From: the human T2T-CHM13v2.0 reference genome, Homo sapiens
Direction: 5' to 3' (one strand)
DNA: 64,000 nt
Assembly (NCBI RefSeq): GCF_009914755.1
Contig: NC_060940.1
Below the pieces are notes generated by a model, which was not told where the DNA came from, did no database searches, and was given only the letters and a program-made list of their open reading frames with translations. The translations under genes were made by a program, and so were the position numbers. Within the stretch, counting starts at the first letter, position 1, and the number at the start of each line of letters is the position of its first letter. Shown one piece after another: positions 53,001 through 64,000 of the stretch.

Positions 53001-56000
53001 CACCAGGCTACACTTGCCGTAGAATGAAGTAAAACCCTCTTGACCAGCACAACCTCCCTTGACCAGCACAAACTCCTGCTCTCCTGTGGTTATTTAATTC
53101 CGCCAGGATTAGAGGTTCTTTGGAATACAATTGAGCTGTTTCTCCTAGGGCTGGAAAGTAGGCATTTGGCACCTACTCATCTAATTCACAAACAGGATAC
53201 AAATTCCTCTGCCACTCAAGTCTTGGACCAAATGGTCCCCGCTTAAACTCTACTACAATAGGTATTTGTTTGACTTTATAACCTTTTCGTTTCTCTTTAC
53301 TTCTTTAGTTGGTTGAAACAAATAACTCTTTCCATTTTATTATTTTTACTCACATTTTCTCATTTACATTCCAAATACACTTCCTCTGTTTTTACTTTAA
53401 GTTAAAATACTGCAATTTTTAATTTTAACTTTACTTTTTTTTTTGTTACAAATTTGGTGTTCCATTTATTCACTGAAAATAACTTTTCTTCACTTTATCA
53501 TTTCACACTTCATCCTCACCTTTTAAAAACTTTTTTTTTTTAGAAATATCATTTTATAGAAACATACCTGGGTTTAAAATGGGAGAAGAGCAACAAGTCA
53601 AGTCAAGAATTTCTGAGGGATGTTGAAAAGACGGGGAGAGAGTTATGCCAGGCGGCAGCATCTCTCCTTTTACCAATGTAGTTCAGTCACTTAAAAAAAA
53701 AAAAGAAGAAAACGAAAATGCATCATTTTTTCTACAGGATCCTGAGAGTCCTCTACCTCCCAGAGTGTGTTACACTTGGCAGAAACTCCACCACCCAGAC
53801 AGCTCCAGTTCTCAGCCTGCTGTAAGCAAACTTGTGAAGTAGCTGCCTGTGGCTTATCTCTGCTCTTTCACCCCATCCTCAGTACTGGGGGAGCCTCCTC
53901 TGAATTCTGCATTTTCTTTCCTGAATGCTAAAGCTTTTTCTGATCTGTACTCTACATTCTAGAGCTTCGTTATTAACTGAGTATAGAGATGGCCTGATTT
54001 GTAGATTCTATGTGGATCAGAGATTATGCAGAAGTTGCAGATATAGAGTTGCTTTATTGTCTTGGATCATCATGCCAGTTTAATTTAAGGTCTTTCAGGA
54101 CAGAAACAACATCTGCCCATTTTGTTTGACATTCTCTTTTCCCCTTTATTTCAAACAATACACGTGCCCTTTGTAGTAAAATTAGTCAATGAGAAAAAAA
54201 ATAAATAGCACCACCTCTTCTAGCACCTAAGATATATGCTGGAACACTGGTTAAACTCTTAAAGATATTTAAAGACATCTTAAAGATGTTTTTATAACAT
54301 GCACACACACCCTTCTTTTCTCAATTTGAATATAGCATTGATTACAAAGTTACAAGGTATAGCACTGTTTTATTAGTAGGGTTTGTTGTTGTTTGTTTCT
54401 CTTGTTTGTTTCTGCTTTAGTGTGTGTTTGTGGAGAGCCAGAAATGCTATCGCATTAAAAGCCTGTATCAATTGTAAAACACATCTCCATTTCAGATACA
54501 TTAAAATGTGAAGAAGGAAAAACAAAGCCTCTGAGAGGAAATACTCTGTTTCAAAAAATGAGATCACACTGCTTTAGAACTTACTGTTTTGTAACCTGCT
54601 TTTATCACTTAACATTTTGTGCCATTCAATATTTTTCCACAACAGCCTCTTTAATACTGTATAGACAGTGTTCCAGCGAATGGCGATTCCAGAACTTATT
54701 TAACCAATTCTTTGATTATCAGTTGTTTCTGCTTATAAAAATCCTTGCTAGTTCCTGGTATGGTGTGAATGCATTCACTAATCATATATGTATTTGTTCA
54801 GTGGGTTGGTTATTGACAGAGCCTTTACGGACTTGGGCACTGTCTATGGTACTGCGCCTTGGGGGACGCACAGTTAAGTTAAAAGTATGTTAAAAGGTAT
54901 GAAGAGCTGAAAACAGAGGATTGCTTGTTAATATTAATCACCTGTTGATTGCAGTTCACAAGTTTGGTAATTATTTTTTCTTCAAGTATTCTGTCCCCTT
55001 TACCAAATCGAAGGCTGGGACATCCGCCTTTTCACAGTGATTCTTCTTTCCGCCTTGGTGCACTGGAGGCCTAAGTGTCATCTGTTTTTTTCCAAGTTAG
55101 TTGACGCATTCGTTGAATGGTTCCTTTTCGTAGGAACTTGTGCTGGAAATTGCCTCTGGCAGTCAAAGGAAACATTTTTGTTTTGGAGAGAGAAATTTTC
55201 GTTTTTTATTCCAAAGTTCAGCATTTCTGTGTTTCCTATGAGTGCAGTGCTTTACAGCAAAATGCCTCAGGAATACAAAGATGACTTCTTTTACCCCAGT
55301 GAATTCTGATTCAGAAATTCGTTTCTGTTGACCTGGCAAGTTCATTCAGCACCCATACTGGTCACCGTGTATCTCAGTTAGGGGGCTGAGAAAATGGCCC
55401 AGCAGACTCTGATTACTGTGATGAAGGTGTTCATTATATTATCCCTTATCTTTCTTGACTGTGATGTATACTGAGCTTGCCTCTCTTGTCTGTGTCACCA
55501 GGAGATAGTTCAGAGCCCTGAATGTTCTCTGTTGTCTCGAATATTCCAGCCGCCATGTTTTTCTTGCATACCCAGCCCACTTCTTCTTTGACACTCTGAC
55601 ATAGTCACATCTTTAATGTTGCTTAAAGATGTTTTTGAACATTTGGAAAGGGCTAGTTTCCCAGCATCTTTAAGTCAGAGGTACCCACTTATCCAGATAC
55701 TCTTCAGGCAGAGGAATGATGATGGACCCTCATGAACATCTCAAACTTCTCGTTGATTAGAGGGAAACTGGATGGATCGAAAGTTAATGAATGGGAGCTC
55801 ATTTGTGACTTACATCTTCCCCCTCTAGCTTAACCATTCATGGCCTCCCCACTCACTGCAGACTTTGTCTGGCAGAGGGAGTAATACGCTATTTTCCGCT
55901 TGAGCACCCAGAAGCTGTTGATGTAAATTGATCAGTACTTTTTTGTGTTTTCCTGAAATTCTGTTTACATGCACATTTCTTCTTTGTCTGTAAAGTGATT

Positions 56001-56907
56001 TGTATCATAAAGCCACATCCATTTTTTCCCACTGTAATAATGAGACAAAACTCATTGAATATTTGTGTTTAAAGATTCTTGGAAAACATAATGGTGTGAC
56101 TATATAAGGCGTATATAATTTTTTTAAACAAAACCTGGTGAGTATTAATAAAAACAATGATGTTGTCTTTATGATTGTGTTTTAAACATAGTAATTGGTC
56201 AAGTGGATGTTCCTTAGTGCTAGAGGATCAGAGCAAAACATACTAGATGTGAAATAGCCCTTCTCTTCTTCATTTTACATTTTGAGTGGTGTTTCACTTA
56301 CCTTTAGAAAATTTTCCAAACCTTCAGACAAATACTTGATCAAATGATGCGGGTTTGAAAGACATAAGCAAATTAGTTTCTGTGCAAACTTGTGTCCCCA
56401 TTCAGAGAAGAACAAATTGAAAAATTGATATTCAATACCAACAAGATAATTTCGGGAAGCAATAGAGCATTGTTTTGACCACTAAGGAACATGAAGCTTT
56501 TAGGAGAAGTAGAGAGAGCTTTGCCCATTGTCTTCCATTTATTATCCGAAGACATTCCAGGTGAAAAAAAACATGGGAAGGAAAGGTAGGAAGAGAAAGC
56601 TTTGAAAATGATTTGGAGACATGCAATGCTATTTCAAGTGGTTCTGGGGACTGGATAGAATACATCATTGCTTTCTTTGCATTCCTATGTCATCTTCTCC
56701 TGATGTTATCATTCGAAGTCAGACTGTCAAATCCTGTGTATTGGGAAACACTCTTTGTTCCCTTGACTTGGGGACTCCTGCATTTCTTTTGAAGTTTTTT
56801 TTTTTTTTTTAAATCATTACATTGTTCACCCTACTCCAATGTCTTGTTAGTGGTTGGGTGGTATGGCTAAGATGGCTGATGAACTGAAATAAGGGCAGAC
56901 TGTACAG

Positions 56908-56908
<1 letters not shown>

Positions 56909-56944
<36 letters not shown>

Positions 56945-56985
56945 GGTGTGTGTGTGTGTTGAGAGAGAGAGAGATTGAGACAGAG
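56909..56985. repeat. (TG)n-(GA)n compound microsatellite
   Basis: Direct reading. Confidence 0.95.
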
Positions 56986-57110
56986 GGTAAGAGAATTTTT
57001 CTGCTTACATTTAAATAACTCACTTATGGATAACATTTGGATAACGTGTTCTCTTTAATCACACAGACTTTTGCCCCGTCTCTTAATACCTGTAGAACAA
57101 ATATTGTATC

Positions 57111-57158
57111 TGTAAACATCTATTGTAAACATCAGTGTAAACATCAAAGGTAAACATC
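57111..57158. repeat. 4x GTAAACATC tandem motif array (forkhead consensus)
   Basis: GTAAACATC at 57112, 57125, 57137 and 57150. Confidence 0.9.
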
Positions 57159-57269
57159 AATTGTGGAATAACCTTTTTACTCTTACAGAGTGATTTGCAA
57201 TTCTGTTATTTGCAAATCTGTCTATATTTTGTTGATGATATTAGTAATTTGTTTTAACTAGAATGTTCT

Positions 57270-57603
<334 letters not shown>

Positions 57604-57908
57604 CTTAGAATGTTCTTCCTTAATAGAACTCATGACAAAATGAAAACATGCTTAATTTTTATCTGTGATGTGGAGTTGTGTGTCCTCTTTTCCACTTGGT
57701 TGTTTCTTTTCTCTTACTTTGAGTTACATTGTGAGCCCTTTCACACAAAGAAGGGTCTGAGCTTTCTCTATACTTGGATGTCATGATACATACCAGGTGG
57801 GAGCTTGGAATGTGTTTACAGATGATAATCATGTTGGTAAGGTCTTGGTTGATCACTCGATAAGTAGCAATTTGTTTTTTAATTCATTTCCTTGTTAAGA
57901 AAATATGG

Positions 57909-59228
<1,320 letters not shown>

Positions 59229-60331
59229 ATAAACACATGTGATCATTTGCAAGGAGATCTAGGACAAAAACAAAAAATGTGCTTGGGAAATGCAACCGCG
59301 AGAGAGGTATTGTGAATGGTGACTTCGAGCAAGACTTTTCCAAGAAGGTGTCTTCTCAGCTAGGACCTGAGAGTTAGGAAACTGCTATGAGGTAGGAGGA
59401 TGCTAGGGAGGTGTGGTGGTTAGAAGGCCATTGTGTACGTGGAAATTCCAGGAGGCTAGGCTGGCTCAGCCTCAGATGTGAGGAGTATGGTCAGAGAGAG
59501 AGAGAGTTCTGAGACAGGCAGGAATCAGAGCCTGGTAGATTAGAGTTGCTTGCATCAACCCCAGTATCAAGGATCCCCATCTCCCATGCAACACCCTGGC
59601 ATTAAAGCAGGGAAAGAGAGAAGAACCCTACAGAGGAGGACAGTAAGAGAGTGAGTGGAGTTTTCTTTTCTGTTTTAATTCAGAAGTGTTAGAGAATTGT
59701 GGAATCATTTCTTTCTAGGATTTTAAGCACCTCTCCATCTGCCTCAAATAATCAAATTCCATCCAATTAGATGCTGTTGCCACTCATAATATGCAAGTCT
59801 ACATATGTACTAAACCCAGGGCCTCTCTGCATCTGGTTTTGATCTATATTTTCAAAGAAACCTGCTCCCCAAACTTGCACAATGATTCCTTCACAGATGC
59901 TGAGTCAGCAGAGAGCTAGTGCATATTTATCCAGAGATTCTGATGAAAAGAGGGAGAAAGAAAAATCTAAAAGCAGAAAAATACGAAGTATATGGAAATT
60001 TTGAGGTTTCCTGCTGAGTTAGGGAGAAGGGGTTGGGGAATCCTTGAATAAATCATAGTGCCTCACACAATGGCCTGCTTTGTCTAGTAAAAGCACTTTT
60101 GGTTGAGGATCAGAAATACAAAACAGTTTAATAATAGTGAGTGTTGTGAGGAGTTTCAAGAATCTTCGAGGGCATTTGACTTAAATGAGCTCAGTGATGG
60201 AGTATTCAAGTAAAGCCAGTGTTGTCAATATGCTAACTTAAAAGGCTAATCAAACAGGCAAGTGGTACAAGTGAGGAAAGGAACACAATTAGTTAATGGA
60301 AGATGGAGGGTAATATGGAAGGGACAAAAAG

Positions 60332-60636
60332 TTTTTTATTTTTATTTATTTATTTAGAGACAGAGTCTAGCTCTGTCATCCAAGCTAGAGTGCAGTGGCA
60401 CGATCTTGGCCCATTACAACCTCCGCCTTCCTGGTTCAAGCCATTCTCCTCTCTCAGCCACCAGAGTAGCTGAGATTACAGGTGTGCATCGCCATGCCTG
60501 GCTAATTTTTATATTTTTAGTGGAGATGGGGTTTCGCCATTTTAGCCAGGCTGGCCTCAAACTCCTGACCTCAAGTGATCCACCTGCCTAGGCCTCCCAA
60601 AGTGCTGAGATTACAGGCATGAGCTACTGTGCCAGG
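60332..60636 (-). mobile_element. Alu (AluSx/Sz-like)
   Basis: Antisense Alu consensus. Confidence 0.93.
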
Positions 60637-60838
60637 TAGGCAAAAACTCTTATTCTATTCATTCATTTGTAAAATTAAGCCAAAGATAGCATACTTTACT
60701 TTATGGAAATGTAACACACACACATCAGCACCCTTAAACATATACATTCGGTTATAATGTATTGGTAATAACACAGGAAATTCATTGGTTTCTTATGGGG
60801 ATATAGGACATTAGAGTGGTTAAAATAGTGATGATCTT

Positions 60839-60980
60839 GGCTGGGTGGTGGCTCATGCCTGTAATCCTGGCAGTTTTGGAAACTGAGGCAGGAGGATCAT
60901 TTGAGCTCAGGAGTTTGAGACCAGCCTGGGCAACATAGTGAGACCCTGTGTCTATCTTTAAAATAAATAAATAAATAATA
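60839..60980 (+). mobile_element. FLAM / Alu left monomer inserted in a MIR
   Basis: Single Alu arm plus (AAAT)n; MIR core CCTCAGTTTCTTCATCTTTAAAATGGG downstream. Confidence 0.8.
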
Positions 60981-61675
60981 ATTAAAATCGTGGTCTTTCT
61001 AGTGAGGCACAGCTATATTCAAAATTTGGTCCTTATCCTATTTTTTGCAGTAACCCTCAGTTTCTTCATCTTTAAAATGGGACTGTTACTAGTGCCTGAG
61101 GTTGTTTTTCAACTGATATTGAGCTGGTTGCTTATAGCCATTGGTCTTTTTGATTGATGGCTGCCTCTTTTTGGTGGGTCAGTGTCCAAACTCTCTCTTG
61201 TTAAATAGTTCACAAACTATCCTTGCATAGTATCTTTCTCAAACAGTTATGGTGAAAGTTTATATTGCAAAAATAGTACTTAGAATCAGAGATGGCAGAT
61301 AGTAGCTGTTTACTAAAAGTTAGTTGTAACCATCAATACTGTTGTCATTACAAAAAAACTGAGTACAAACAATGTCTTCTGCATACGTGTGGATGTAGAA
61401 TGAGGGAGGGTAGATACAGGGCAGGAGAGATCACTCTAGCTGCAGTGGGAAATGGCTCAAAAACCAAGGAATTTCGTAATTCCTGGCTGGTGTAAACTCA
61501 TTTTGTACCAGCTTCTCCTCGTAGGATCTTTCTTGGGTGTTTTATTTAACCCCTCTTTAAAATGGGGCTAATACCAGAAGGGGAATGGGATGAAATAATA
61601 GAACCATATTTAGTGTCTAGCTGAGTGGTTTGCACTGGTATGTGAGACTTTATATTCTTCTCTTCTCCTATTACT

Positions 61676-62269
61676 TATAAACCAACAAGTATCTGAGACA
61701 AGTCTCAGTCAACTTAGAAAGGTTATTTTGCTGAGGTTAAGGTTGCACCCTTGACACAGCCTCAGGAGGTCCTGAGGACACGTGCCCAAGGTGGTTGGGG
61801 TATAGCTTGCTTTTATACATTTAGGGAGACATGAGACATCAATCAATACATGTAAGATTTGCATTGGTTCTACCTGGAAGGGAGGGACACTTCAAGGAGG
61901 AAGGTGTTTCCAGGTCATAGGTAGATTTACACATATTCTGATGGGCAAGTGGTTCGTAGAGTTACCGGGAGAAAAGAATGTGTGGGTTTCAATAAAGGGT
62001 TATGGAGACCTAGGTTTTATCGTGCGGTTACAGCCTCTAAGTAGCAGGTTTTAGGGAGAATAGACTGTAAATGTTTCTTATCAGACTTAAAGTTTGTGTT
62101 GATGGTAATGGTGGAGAGGGGTATAATGAGGCATGTTCACCCCTCAGTTCTCATCATGGTCTGAACCAGTCTTTCAGGTTAAACTTTAGATTGCCCTGGT
62201 CGAGGAGGGGGTCCTTTCACATGATGGGGGGTGAGGGTGGTCACCTTCAAATTTTATTTTTGATTTACA
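61676..62269 (-). mobile_element. MER4-family ERV1 solo LTR
   Basis: AGCCTCAGGAGGTCCTGAGGACACGTGCCCAAGGTGG...TTTCAGGTTAAACTT...ATTTTATTTTTGATTTACA; 4-bp TSD TACT on both sides. Confidence 0.88.
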
Positions 62270-64000
62270 TACTAAATAAAGCTCTCTGGTGAAGGGAACA
62301 AAAAAAAAAGCTTTAGAGAGGGATGCAGAGAAAACAAAATTGAAGTTGAAAGGAATTTCGAAATTTGTGTGTTAAAGGAATGACTATTCAGTGCTGATAT
62401 CAGTGTTGTGAAAAATGGTTAGAATAAAATGCTCATGAAAATTTCTCTTTTTAAAAAGAACCCTGACTCTTTCTGAAAATAAAAGTCATATTTGGACATT
62501 ATGAAAAAATTTGCTATATGAAGTAGAATCTGACTCCCCCCAGCCTATCACTCATCACTCAACATTTTTGACGTATTTCCTCCTCTTTTAAAATATCAGT
62601 ATATTTGAATTTTCATAGATACCCATTTTCCTCCAAAACAGAATCATACTATAAACATATTTTCATACAAATTATCTCATAAACATTTTCTAGTGTTACT
62701 GATGGTTTGGGAAAACATGGGTTTTTAAAGGTTGTTTTTTTTTTTTTTTTTTAGCATATGGCTATACTGTAGCTTATTTACCCATTTGCCTACTGTTGGA
62801 TGTCAGGTTTTTCTTGACATAGCCTGTGATAAATATTAATGAAATGAACAATAACAACTTTAAAAATGTACAAAATGGACAAGGGAGAGTGAACAGAGGA
62901 CTCAGAGGGGGAAAAAAGATCCAATGGCCGTAAATATAGGACACTGTGTTCACCCTCTCCAATGTCAGATGAATGCAAACTAAAAATGTGTTGTCAAATT
63001 GAGAAATGTTTTGCAAAGGGCAATACTATACTGAATGCTTGTGAAGTTAAACTGCTAAACATTTTTAGAGGTTGCTTTGCAAGTACAAGGGATTTTTTTT
63101 AAGTGAAAGTGATTGTACTTTATAGCCTCATCAAGGATTATTTTTTGAGGAAACACTCAGAGATATAGTGAAAAAATGTTGCATACAAGGATATATGGTA
63201 CAAAGTTACCTATATACACTAAAACATCTCTCAAGTTTTCATTCAAAGAATAAAAGCTAGTATTCTCATGCTATGGTACTTTTAAGGCACTAAACGATGC
63301 CTGCCGTTGGTTGCTGAGTATTAATTTAGTCAGAGCTATGCATGCAGGCAGAGCTGGCCTATGCAGGCCCCATTTTTGTGACTAGGAATTTATTCTGCAC
63401 CAGCGTGGCATAGAGAGAAACCGAGTGAGTGCAGTGCCAGCTCGCCGCTAGCTTGGATGAATACATGACACACCATTGCGCTTGGAGAAAATGCTATTCA
63501 TTGAAAATAAAAGGGAATTTAGGAAGAAATGTAATACTCATCAGTAATTGCAAGGAAACTCTTGGATTTCGTTCCAGAGTCTTGGTAATAGTGGTTACAT
63601 AATATAGCAGTGAATGTATGCGTGAGATTAGAGAATTTTAGAAGGAAGAAACTGAGATTCAGAAAGAGACCGGGTGTACCAAAGTGTATCCAACCAAAAG
63701 CATTCACAGAGAGGGGGCAGATCACATATTGAACAGTGGTGCTTTTGGAAAAGATCATATGACAGCTATAAAGACTCTGATGAAAGGTTACTAGCAGGTT
63801 ATTCAAAGGTACTTTTTTTGAAGGCAAGATTTTAAGGCATGTTAGGGTAGGCATTCAAGTAGGGTGATTTTTTAAAAATGTATTTGCTTGCCGCAGAAGA
63901 CAAGTACAGGTTCTGCTCTGATGCCTGTCCTGGTCCTCTTTCCCTTTTAATGTTAGAATGTGGCAAATGCTCAGTAATCACTGAGCTAGGGATTTCCAAG

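Noticed and set aside
54250-55636. TTAAAGA(T) repeats and the ACATCTTTAA/TTAAAGATGT inverted repeat
   Set aside because: AT-rich, low-information sequence with no supporting context.

Overview
Human (primate) genomic DNA: about 25 Alu copies, L1/L2/MIR/LTR/DNA-transposon fossils and many microsatellites. The window lies inside the very large + strand gene RBFOX1 (A2BP1, 16p13.3). I recognise it from one 42-nt exon at 14217-14258, which carries the start codon and encodes MNCEREQLR, the N-terminus of the canonical isoform (which continues GNQEAAAAP... in an exon outside the window). The rest is intronic, and nearly all ORFs in the track are Alu, L1 or low-complexity artefacts. The most interesting signal is a possible set of additional phase-0 N-terminal modules for RBFOX1. 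(i) A promoter-like, Alu-free, CpG-enriched, GA/CT-flanked element at about 49.0-50.1 kb ends in ATG ATG ATG TAT TTG TGG|GTAGGT (MMMYLW), with the same phase and donor hexamer as the known exon. (ii) An upstream candidate exon ending at 411 (TTG|GTGAGT, followed by G-runs) would read in frame into VSRQQ-MNCEREQLR. Other observations are a MADE1 (miR-548-type) hairpin with substitutions shared by both arms, a 4x forkhead-motif array, several fold-back or templated scars in Alus, and motif-dense enhancer candidates. Repeat subfamily names come from remembered consensus sequences and repeat boundaries are approximate. No database search was run.
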